Below, one piece after another: positions 37,424 to 47,587 of a stretch of 47,587 nucleotides of DNA. Below the pieces are notes generated by a model. It did not search any database. It worked only from the letters and a program-made list of their open reading frames with translations, and was not told the DNA's origin. The position numbers and the translations under genes are program-made. Source of the DNA: Octopus sinensis (taxonomy: Eukaryota); the NCBI RefSeq assembly GCF_006345805.1, contig NW_021834557.1, positions 1 through 47,587 of the forward strand, read 5' to 3'. Position 1 is the stretch's first letter; every line of letters begins with the position of its first letter.

Positions 37424-37758
37424 GAGACCTCCTTCGCTCACGAATGACCATGGGATAGCACCTAGAAAGTTACACTCCGAGGTACAAGTCCAGGCAAGGT
37501 TGTTTATGGAAGGCCAGCAGTCGCCCATGCATACCAGCCTCCGGTCTCCACACCATTGATGTTATCCAAGGGAAAGGCAAAGGGGCCGATACAGCTTGGC
37601 ACCAGTGATGTCGCAACTCATTTCTACAGCTGAGTGAACTGGAGCAACATGAAATAAAGTGTCTTGCTCAAGAATACAACACGTAGCCCGGGCCGGGAAT
37701 CGAACACACAACCTCACGATCGTAAGCTTGACGCTCTAACCACTGAGCCATGCGGCTT
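37422..37758 (-). mobile_element. SINE family D, full length
   Basis: Matches 7933-8250. Confidence 0.9.
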
Positions 37759-37797
<39 letters not shown>

Positions 37798-37826
37798 GTG
37801 TGTATACATACATACGTGTATACATT

Positions 37827-37857
<31 letters not shown>

Positions 37858-38132
37858 GCATACATACATACAGACATACATACATACATACATACATACA
37901 TACATCACTCTTTAAGCTTTTCACTACAGATTTTGTAAAGAAATATACTAGAGCCAACACCTGAAAGTTTCGTCTTTTCCTCACGCAACTCCGTTTACTT
38001 AAACAATGCGATCGAAGATAGAAAAATATGTAATTGGAGTATATACATATTTCAGGAGTCCTTGCCTTTTCTTCAGCAACACGTCCAGCCCACTAACTCC
38101 ACGAACACATTCCTTTAAGTGCTATCATGTAC

Positions 38133-38605
38133 ATTGTTTTGTCTTGGTATAAAAAGATGGGCTACAGCAAATTTTCTGCTCAATACCACAGATTTGCTTG
38201 TCAGTTGTTTTACCGTAACCAGTTGAGCATGTCCTTTAGTGGCTGACAATATGTACATCTCTGATCATAATCAGAAATAGTGGGGGAGCATCAAATGAAA
38301 GGAATTCTTGGAGGTTTGGATAATTCACCTCTGGAAACATGGGTGGTTCGTTCAACATCCTTAAACAACCCTTATTCAGGTACATTTTGAGCGGGATGGG
38401 CTACTCGACCTGAAGAAAATTCTAACTGGGCCCCACCAGCAAGGTCATGTGCTGTTTATCTTGACATGAGATCACCATGTCGCGCACATATGGTTGTGAT
38501 GCATGTGCCTGGTGTACCCTTAACAGACAGGTAGTCATGATGGTTATACTGGGCTTCGTATATTTTACCCGTGTCACTTTGATGGCGTGCACTGCTCTCT
38601 CACTC
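38133..38605. repeat. Unclassified non-coding repeat, recognised from memory as an abundant octopus-type dispersed element
   Basis: No second copy in the window; abuts (AAT)n. Confidence 0.45.
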
Positions 38606-38619
38606 AATAATAATAATAA

Positions 38620-38810
38620 TAACAACATCGAAAAATACCTTAGCAATGAGAATCCAGGTTCGAAATTTCCTCACGAAACCTGATGAAGGCAGGAGGGTAT
38701 ATCAGCTGAAATGTTGTGTTAACAAACAAGACGAGGACAAATATTCGTCAAATGTAAATAATGTAAACAATGTACATAATTCGTCATCTCTTAAATATAA
38801 AACTATGTTG
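38620..38810 (+). mobile_element. Penelope-like terminal fragment with degenerate hammerhead (38676-38720)
   Basis: CTGATGA-AGGCAG..CAGCT-GAAAT-GTT-GTGTT: core recognisable, stems II and III mutated. Confidence 0.4.
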
Positions 38811-38829
38811 TAAAGAGTCGGCAAAACGT

Positions 38830-39120
38830 CCTACTGAAGAGGTGGGGTGGGTTTTGCTGAGCCAAGTCTTTGAGAGTGTTTTATTGAAAACCAATCTGAT
38901 AGCGTGTCAATAAGAGTACCCTGTGAAGCCATTATGAGAGTTTTATTGAGTCACTAAAGAAAGTTTACTGAGTCAATGAGAGTATCCTATCAAGCTCCTG
39001 GTTGCTAAGAGTACTCTACTAAGTCACTGAGATTGATGTACTAAACGACTAAAAGTACATTACCGAGCCATTGAAGGAGCCTTCGATGATCCAATGTGGG
39101 AGCTTCGACTGAATTCACAA
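38830..39120. repeat. Degenerate ~22-24-bp minisatellite
   Basis: Recurrent gagt..t.tactgagtcact motif. Confidence 0.45.
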
Positions 39121-39375
39121 GGAAACATTCCATATCGTTGCAGTTGTTACAGGAACGCTTTACTGTTTTATAAACAAGGTTCTTCTTACTGTTTTTGTAT
39201 AAATGTTAATGAACACAAATAACATTCATGCAGTCACAGTTTACCTAGGACTACCCTCTAATTATGTTTTCAATTTGTAGGTGTGATTCGAGGCAAATTT
39301 GTCATTTCCATTGACCACGGAGAAGTTTCCTCGTTGGTTCCTCTTCTCTTGCCTCTCTCTAACGACACTATTATA

Positions 39376-39983
39376 TGAGGTCTGATCGAAAAATATCAGG
39401 ACCGGTGCTTTAAAAGAATTCTACAACACGTATCAATCCGGCATTTAATCTCCTCCGAATTATCCCCTTCAGAAGCTACACACTCTACACAGCGCCATTT
39501 CCATTGATGGAAACATTTCTGGGAGTCCCTTTTGGGGGATTGCTAGATCAGTGGGCTGTTTCTTACAGGAGATATGTCTGGAAGTTTATTGCGGCCATGG
39601 TGTCTTTCCAAAGTTTACACCCTGCTTCAAAGGAACAAAATTTGAAGACATCGAGAAAATCCAAGAGAGGGCGATGAGGAGTTCCGGGAATGTTTCCATC
39701 AATGAAAACGATTCTGAATAAAACGTGTGGTTTCAAAAAAAGACAACTTCGAAGGTGATTAAACGCTGAAATGATATGCGTTGTAGTTTATTTTTATATA
39801 TGTAGGCGTAGGAGTGGCTGTGTGGTAAGTAGCTTGCTTACGAACCACATGGTTCCGGGTTCAGTCCCACTGTGTGGCACCTTGGGTAAGTGTCTTCTAC
39901 TATAGCCTCGGGCCGACCAAAGCCTTGTCAGTGGATTGGTAGACAGAAACTGAAAGAAGCCCGTCGTATATATGTATATATAT

Positions 39984-40020
<37 letters not shown>

Positions 40021-40285
40021 GTATGTGCGTGTTTGTGTGTCTGTGTTTGTCCCCCCAACATCGCTTGACAACCGATGCTGGTGTGTATACGTCCCCGTAA
40101 CTTGGCGGTTCGGCAAAAAGAGACCGATAAAATAAGTGCTAGGCTTACAAAGAATAAGTCCTGGGGTCGATTTGATCGACTAAAGGCGGTGCTCCAGCAT
40201 GGCCACAGTCACATGACTGAAACAAGTAAAAGAGTAAAAGAGTATATTTGTATAGCACCAGTCCTGATCTTTTGATCAGACATCG
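39376..40285 (+). mobile_element. Mariner deletion derivative with a nested SINE
   Basis: TIRs TA-TGAGGTCTGATCGAAAAATATCAGGACCGG and reverse complement ending 40285-TA; transposase C-terminus relic KGTKFEDIEKIQ..EFRECFHQ..NFEGD*. Confidence 0.85.
39804..40244 (+). mobile_element. SINE family A, full length, nested in the mariner element
   Basis: Similarity to other copies. Confidence 0.95.
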
Positions 40286-40451
40286 TATCAATATAGATCT
40301 TAAAATAATATGCCATTGATGTCTGCATAAATATTTATGTAACGTCATAATGTACATAAATCTTAATATAACATGTCATAGTTGCCTGCATACGCATCTT
40401 GCTCTAAGACGTCACACCCTGCGTAGATCTTAGTGTAAAGTTATTGCCCTA

Positions 40452-40890
40452 AGAGGACAGACTTGATATTTCCCAGAAGTAAAAAAATCGAAATATCAGG
40501 ATTTAGCGGACGTGGCCCTTGTGAAGGGACATCATGCGGCCTCATTCCCCGTCAGAGTCAGCTACCGCAGCTTTCCAGCTAATTCAATCTGCTATTTCCT
40601 GCAGTAAGTCATAAAGGAAATAGGAACGGCAGCTAAAATTAGTTCAAGATGGCTATGGTCGATAAGAGAGTGCAAGAGGAACTCTTCCATAGGCAAAGAC
40701 TAACTCAATCCTCACCGCCCCAATCAGGTGAGGTATACAGACTAAGGGGTGAGACGCTTGTGACCCTGTGATACCTTCTGATGATACGGAAGGGTTTCCA
40801 GCATTGCAATGGATTTAGAAGAGTTTGTGATACCACTGAGTATCTCACGCAGTTTCTGATGTTTATTTCATCCATCTACATAGTACATAG
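40452..40890 (+). mobile_element. 3' fragment of a HERO/R2-superfamily RLE retrotransposon
   Basis: Translation KYQDLAD..KG..A..FPV.V.YRSFPANSICYFLQ*VIKEIGTAAKISSRWLWSIRE; terminal TAA at 40701-03, then 3' UTR. Confidence 0.7.
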
Positions 40891-40932
40891 TGTAAAATAT
40901 CACAGTCTACATCGATCTTGGTATATCTCATA

Positions 40933-41130
40933 TGGCGGTGAACTGGCAGGGTAAATGCGTAGCAGAATTTCGTCCATCTTTACGATCTGAGCGGAAAATC
41001 CGCCGAGGTCGACTTTGCCCTTCATTCTTTCGAGATCGATAGAATAAGTACCAATTTGGCACCGAGACCGATGTAATCGATTTACTCCCCTCCTCCGGAA
41101 TTGCTGGCTTTGTGCCAATATTTGAAGTCA
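40933..41130 (+). mobile_element. SINE family B
   Basis: Similarity to other copies. Confidence 0.8.
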
Positions 41131-41356
41131 ATATATGCCATTGTATATCTTAATGTAATGTGTCAAGTGTGCTTAGATCTTAAGATAATGTCATAGTGTA
41201 CATAAATCTTAATGTAGCGGTGGTGCCTCAGTATGGCCGCAGCCTTCAGGCTGAAACATTTTTAAGGATTTAAGGATTTAATACACCATAGCATATATAG
41301 AACTTAATGTGATATATCGCAGTGTACATAGGTCTTAATATTCGATGTTATAGCAT

Positions 41357-41655
41357 GTTTGTTCCTTCTCGAGCTATGCCTGGCTCATAGGGCCGGTTTC
41401 CCGGTTTCTTTGGCGTATAAGTTCCCCACGTGGACGGGACGCCGGTCTGTTGCAGGTGCTGCTAGATGCAGGAGGAAAGAGTGAGAGAAAGTTGGGGCGA
41501 AAGAGTCAGTAGAAGTTCGCCATTACCTTCTACTGGAGCCGCGTGGAGCTTAGGTGTTTCGCTCATAAACACACACATCGCCCGGTCTGAGATTCGAACC
41601 CGCGATCCCTCGACCGCGAGTCCGCTGCTCTAACCACTAGACCATGTGCCTCCAT
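41357..41655 (-). mobile_element. SINE family C (tail type iii) with 12-bp TSD atgttatagcat
   Basis: TSD at 41345-56 and 41656-67. Confidence 0.9.
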
Positions 41656-41734
41656 ATGTTATAGCATACATAGATCTTAATGTAGTATGTCATAGTGTAC
41701 AAAAATATTAATGAAATGCCATATCTATAATGGT

Positions 41735-41980
41735 GGAGGCGCGTGGCTTAGCGGTTAGGGTGTCAGCATCATGATCGTAAGATTGTGGTTTCGATTCCTG
41801 GGCTGAGCGGCTCGTTGTGTTCTTGAGCAAAACACTTCATTTCACGTTGCTCCAGTCCACTCAGCCGGCAAAAATGAGTAACGCTGCGATGGACTGGCGT
41901 CCCGTCCAGCTTGGGGAACACATACGCCATTGAAACCAGGAAACCGGGCCCATGAGCCTGGCTAGGCTTTGAAAGAGCAC
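41735..41980 (+). mobile_element. SINE family D head carrying a type iii tail
   Basis: Tail ..ctggcgtcccgtccag..gaaacc.ggaaacc shared with SINE C 41357-41655. Confidence 0.85.
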
Positions 41981-42056
41981 ATTTATTTATTATTATAATT
42001 ATAATCAGAAATATTAAATTTCTAAATCTCTTAGAGATATGTACGGTGGTGGGGCG

Positions 42057-42538
42057 ATAGAATGGTTGTATACTGTCAATCTAACGTGAACGTGACAGTA
42101 AGGGAATTACACCACCGCTGTTTAGCCCTAGGAAACATCGACGCCTCCTGATGGCTTTGACACATTTTTCCTGTCTCCTTATATACATTTACGAAGGGGA
42201 GACAAACACCCCCAGCAGCCAGGCTTGCATCTAGAGACACGCATGTTTCAGGATCTTTGTCCATCATCGGTCTAGAGTAGCAGAAGCCCGCCAGCCAGCG
42301 GTCGGGACAGATATCTGCAGCTGGCGGGCATCTGCTTCTCTAGACCGATGATGGACAAAGATCCTGAAACACGCATGTCTCTAGATGCAGGCCTGGCTGC
42401 TGGAGGTGTTTGTCTCCCCTTCGTAAATATATAAGGACACAGGAAATGTGTTGAAGCCATCAGGAAGCGTCGATGCTTCCTAGGCGGTGGAGTAATCCCC
42501 TATTGTCATGTTAAATTGACAGTATACAACCATTCTAT
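42057..42538. mobile_element. Palindromic foldback/MITE (~239-bp arms, 24-nt loop)
   Basis: Arms 42057-42295 and 42320-42538 are high-identity reverse complements with a few indels. Confidence 0.9.
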
Positions 42539-43433
42539 ATTTATAATGATCTTACTGTAATGAAAGGTCTACAGAGGTTATTGCGTAACACGCCATTCCT
42601 TTTATACATGTGAACGTTATATATCTGTCTGATCTTACTGTAGTTACGACATTACATAGAAATAATACAGGGTTGTCTACCGAAATCTTTGTGTAATGTA
42701 ATTGTCAGCATAGTTCTTAATATAATATATCAACGTCCACACAGATTTTTAATGTAAAATGTCATAGCTAACACAGACTTTACTGTGATATGTCACTATC
42801 TACATAGATCATACTGCAACATGTCATTGAAAGAAAAAGAAAAACACAAAAAGAACAACAACAAAATCTAAATACTTCTGCGACAGACCAACACAGCGAT
42901 CTGCAACAGGGCGGCACCTTCTTATCCACACGCCACGCACGTTCTTTCTCAATTGCATCGTATTACCTATCTCACCTGTCTCCTAACAAATCACCAATCT
43001 TCACATTACACTTTCAATTCGCTTTATCTCACCTTAATTGTTATGTAAGTGTTATTTGATATTGTCAGCTTTTCGCTGATGTTCTTATATTTGTTTGTGT
43101 TTTTTTTTTGTTTTGTTGCTGTTGTTGTTGTTTTTTTTAAATACACTTTATTGTTGCAACAAAAGTATTGTTGGTCTTGCTATTGTTGTTATTGTCGTCT
43201 TTTGTTTGTTTTCTAAAATGTCTTCCGACCCACCGCCGCCTTTTCGACACCCGCCATAATGCCTCCACTTGTATTATTAATCTAATCTCAAGAACACTCG
43301 AATCTCTAAGAGCTTCGGCCGTATTCACGCGCTCTTCTAGCAATAGCCTTTTTCGGGCCACACCCTGTATGTATACATAGATACACACGTTCATATACAA
43401 CATCTACATATACATATATATATATATGCATGC

Positions 43434-43470
<37 letters not shown>

Positions 43471-43722
43471 CATTTATAAACGTACTTACATACATCCCTT
43501 CCTCTCCTTTCCTCTCTCTTTCTTTCTGTGGGTTTCTCTCGCCACACACACACACTAACACACACACCCAAAGACACACACGCAATCACATACAAATAAT
43601 TGCATAAGTGTGTGCATGTGTGCGTATGTGTATATATGTGTGTTATATGTGTGCGTGCCTATTCTTCCTTATGATTGTGTACACACACACGCTTTCACAC
43701 AAGAATATATATGCATAAATAA

Positions 43723-43802
<80 letters not shown>

Positions 43803-43804
<2 letters not shown>

Positions 43805-44252
43805 CAGGCGTGATGTGTCGTATGTAGCTTACTTAGCACCAAATGGTTGCAGGTCCAGTCCTACTGCGTGGCACTTTGGGCAACTGTCTTCTATTATAGC
43901 CTCGGGCCGACCAAAGCCTTGTGAGTGAATATGGTAGACGGAAACTGAAAGAAGCTTCTTATATATATATATATATAAATATATAATATATATATATATA
44001 TGTATATATTATATATGTATGTATATATATATGTATATATATATGTATATATATATGTATATATATATATATATATATATGCGTACACATATACAACGAG
44101 CTTCTTTCAGTTTCCGTTTACCAAATCCACTCACAAGGCTTTGATCAGCCCAAGGCTATAGAAGAAGACACTTGCCCAAGTGCCACCCAGTGGACTGAAC
44201 CCGGAACCATGCGGCTGGGAAGCAGGTTTCTTACCACACAGCCACGCCTGCA

Positions 44253-44254
<2 letters not shown>
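43803..44254. mobile_element. Two SINE A heads in inverted orientation (43803-43957 +, 44093-44254 -) around (TA)n
   Basis: Both match the family A head. Confidence 0.8.
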
Positions 44255-44294
<40 letters not shown>

Positions 44295-44627
44295 TATATA
44301 TATATATATATATATATGTAGGTATGTATGTATGTATGTATGTATGTATAATATTACACATATTCATATACATATCTGTCCCTATCCATGCGTACGCGCG
44401 TGTGTCCCCCTTATATGCTTATTTGAATACGTCAGTTACAAAGATCTTCTCAATACATTTCGTTTATGTAATCAGCGTATTTGTACGTGCATACGCTGTA
44501 CTTATAGAGTATATAAATGCAAATATATGCACTGAACTGAATTTAATATATATATATATATATATATACGTATATATATATTATATATATATATATATTA
44601 TATGTATATATATATATATATATATAG

Positions 44628-44670
<43 letters not shown>

Positions 44671-45078
44671 CTATTAAATCGTCAATTTCCACATATAATT
44701 TACTCGCTACAGCAAAAACCGAAGAACTGAAGTCGGGCAAGCCGGCCGTTAGAATTTTTAAAAATTCGTTATTTCTATATTGAATCAATTTCGGAATTAA
44801 TCTCATAAAAGACTTATTCCTCCTCAGTAGAACTTACGAAAGGATATAAATAAGATACTTACATGCGCCCATATATATATAAAAGCATATATCAGAGGCT
44901 CAAGGATAATGCAGATACTTGTTTCAGATAGCCTTATCTAACTCTGGCTATGTGTAGAGTCATTATATAACGGTTGTTTAAGGAACCAACTTTCAATCCG
45001 GCTATCGATATGTGTCTGTCTGTGTGTTTGCGTTTGTTCGTATCTTGTCACCGTGATTTTTTTTATTGTGCACGTATA

Positions 45079-45367
45079 TGAGGGCGTGCTGAATAGTTTC
45101 TGGCTTTGGGCAAAAGAAAATACAGGAGAATCAGGGAATTATGATTTTAGTCAACGTATTCCATTCTCAGAGCCACACACTTATTGCAAAGGTCTTTAGT
45201 TTTTCAAAGCCCTGTAAAACAACATATTCCCTTCTCACATTCATATACTTATTGCAGAGGTACTGCAGGTTTTCTAAGCCCTGCAAAAGGACTGGGAAGT
45301 TTAAACCACCAGCCAAGCCTTTTGCGATACACTTAAAGCTGGGAACCTTTCAGCCCTCCGCACTTCG
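45079..45367. mobile_element. Mariner-derived MITE
   Basis: TA-flanked imperfect TIRs (TGAGGGCGTGCTGAATAGTTTCTGGCTTT); internal ~45-bp duplication. Confidence 0.65.
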
Positions 45368-45374
45368 TATAAAG

Positions 45375-45580
45375 GCGTTGATTTTGCAGAATCGTTAGCA
45401 CGCCGGACAAAATGCTTGACAGCATTTCGTCCGTCTTTACGTTCGGAGTTCACATATCACCGAGATCGACTTTTCCTTTCATTGTCGGTAGAATAAATAC
45501 CAGTTAAGTACTGGGGCTGACCTGATCGACTCTCCACTCTCTCACAAACATCTAGACATGTGCCAAATTTTGAAACCGTT
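45375..45580 (+). mobile_element. SINE family B, diverged
   Basis: Similarity to other copies. Confidence 0.7.
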
Positions 45581-45756
45581 ATAAACATATACACACATCT
45601 ACCCATTATTTATCCATGTCTCTCTCTTTCTTTCCCTCAATGTACGCTCACACACACACACACATATACTTGTGGATATACATACAAATAGCTAGCAAGC
45701 AAGCATGCAAGCAAGCAAGCAAGCAAGCATGCAAGCAAGCAAGCAAGCAAGCAAGC

Positions 45757-45835
<79 letters not shown>

Positions 45836-46439
45836 GTAGGTAGGTAGGTAGGTAGGTAGGTAGGTAGGTAGGTAGGTGGATATATAGATAGATAGATGGA
45901 TAGATTGATATGATATGAAATCAATTAACCATACATACATAATAGTACACACACTTATATACCCACACTTGTGTGTGTGTGTGTGTGTGTGTGTGTACAT
46001 TACCTTAGAAACATAATCACGAGAGCAGTCCACGCCCCTAAGCCACGTGCCTGAAACGTGTCTTGTCGAAATAGCAGTTAGGTTATCATGAATGATTTCT
46101 TAAGATAATAGGTCGTTCGTTACCTTTGATGTTGGAGTAGGAATTAAAGTAGTGTTTAGTTAGTGGGGCGGTGGCTACTTGATGTTTTGTGTACTTATTG
46201 TTATTGTTGCCGACGTTTTAAATGCTGTTTTTTATTGTTGTTTAACCTGGGGTCAAACCGCACCGTGTAGATCTATGATCATGTGCGTCCCTTCCAAAAT
46301 ATCCTGTGTTTTTAAAGGTATTTTGGAATATATTATGCAATGTATGTACTTAGTTTTCAAGGAAGTAAATTTGATACGAAGGAAATGTAGCTGTTATTTC
46401 TAGCTAATAGTCATAGAGCGCCCTGGCTCGTTCGCTCAG

Positions 46440-47040
46440 AGCGGAGCTGTTGTTGGCCAGGAAAGAACAGCGTTTGGTTAGCAGATGCCTCAACTTTCAC
46501 CAGTAGAGATTATTGATCTTTCTCCTATAAACCCATCTTATTGATCACTAGTTATTCCTTTGCTAGCCAGTAGACTTGCCGGGGTTTGAGAAATATAGGC
46601 CTCTCAATCGACTTGTAAGTGCTCTCCAACTTATTGGTTGTAGGCCATTCCAGAACATTCTGTTGGTCAATATACTCTTCCTCACAGGTTAGCAGATGTT
46701 TGCCGTTTGATCGTCGGTGCACGCCTCTTTAGACCTTTGCAGTCCTATGGTTAGCCAATAGAAGCTCCATCTTTAGCCAGTATTAACCTTATTGGCCAGC
46801 AGAAATCCACTCTTTTGCCTATACAGATCACACTTTGGTCATTAGCGGCCTCTTTGGAGGCCACTAGTGAACTCGATGTCCCTGTTCGATCCGCAGATAT
46901 TCGTTCTCTTGGATCATTTGCAGTCCTCTCGTTAGCTAACAGAAAGTCCCTCTTTGACAATTAGTGGCATCTTTGTAGGCCACCGGTGATTTCCTCGTTG
47001 GTCAGAAATGCCTCTCCATTAGTCAATGAAGGGCGTTTCG
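46440..47040. repeat. Highly degenerate tandem repeat
   Basis: Recurrent ttggcca/ttggtca..ag..gcctct motifs. Confidence 0.35.
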
Positions 47041-47206
47041 GTATTGAATGAGGGCTATTTCTTCTGCCTCATAAGTTGATGCTGATAATCGTGAAAACAA
47101 AATCTGGTTTGTTGTTGCTGCTGTTTAACCCTAGGTCAGCCTTGACCAAGCAGATCTATGAAACAGAAGCAGTCAAAGCGTGATAGTCCATCTTTTTATT
47201 TGTTTG

Positions 47207-47421
47207 TCTTTTATCTTTTACATGTTTCAGTCATTGGACTACGGCCATGCTGGAGTACCACCTTGAAGGATTTACTCGAATAAATCAACCCGAGTATTTT
47301 ATTTCTTAAGTGTGGTACGTATTCTTTTGCCGAACCGCTAAGCCGTGGGGACGTAAGCTAAACAACACCGATTGTCAAGCGGTAGTGGAGGAACAAACAC
47401 AGCTCATACTCAAAGACACAA

Positions 47422-47480
<59 letters not shown>

Positions 47481-47587
47481 ACATGTATATGTATGTATGC
47501 AGGCAATTTCTGATTCCGTCTACCTGATCCTCTCACAAGGCTTTGGTTGACATCAGGACCATCCATTGTAGAAGATATATGTCCAAG
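47207..47587 (-). mobile_element. SINE family A, cut by the window edge
   Basis: Similarity to other copies. Confidence 0.85.

Larger units (their letters stand above)
40290..42830. repeat. Old ~31-33-bp minisatellite broken up by later insertions
   Basis: Recurrent atcttaatgta.tatgtcatagtgtacata(a/g) units between the TE insertions. Confidence 0.65.

Noticed and set aside
43180-43370. Open frames on both strands of a unique island
   Set aside because: No adequate splice-site pair; strand ambiguous.
44700-44760. Possible hammerhead relic (ctgaagtcgggcaagccggccg)
   Set aside because: Core too degenerate; no GAAA.

Overview
AT-rich, microsatellite-saturated animal DNA. The SINE and LINE repertoire resembles octopus/coleoid cephalopod genomes; this is an inference, as no taxon label was given. 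Almost all long ORFs in the supplied track are microsatellite artefacts. Real content: (1) a disabled, near-full-length RTE-clade LINE on the minus strand (~20206-23672), whose third C-terminal zinc finger is hidden by a frameshift; (2) 3' fragments of R4/Dong-like, HERO-like and Tx1/L1-like retrotransposons; (3) about 35 copies of four tRNA-derived SINE head types with interchangeable tails; (4) several MITEs (mariner, Tc1, hAT-like, long-TIR, one ~480-bp palindrome); (5) Penelope-like fragments carrying hammerhead ribozyme motifs, one nested in the loop of an inverted repeat; (6) a degenerate tRNA-Lys(UUU) gene with a 19-nt intron at the canonical position, apparently inside an inverted-repeat element; (7) four phase-compatible candidate plus-strand exons (13364-29072) encoding ~154 aa of a protein I cannot name. 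SINE and TE-fragment boundaries are approximate, about +/-10 bp.
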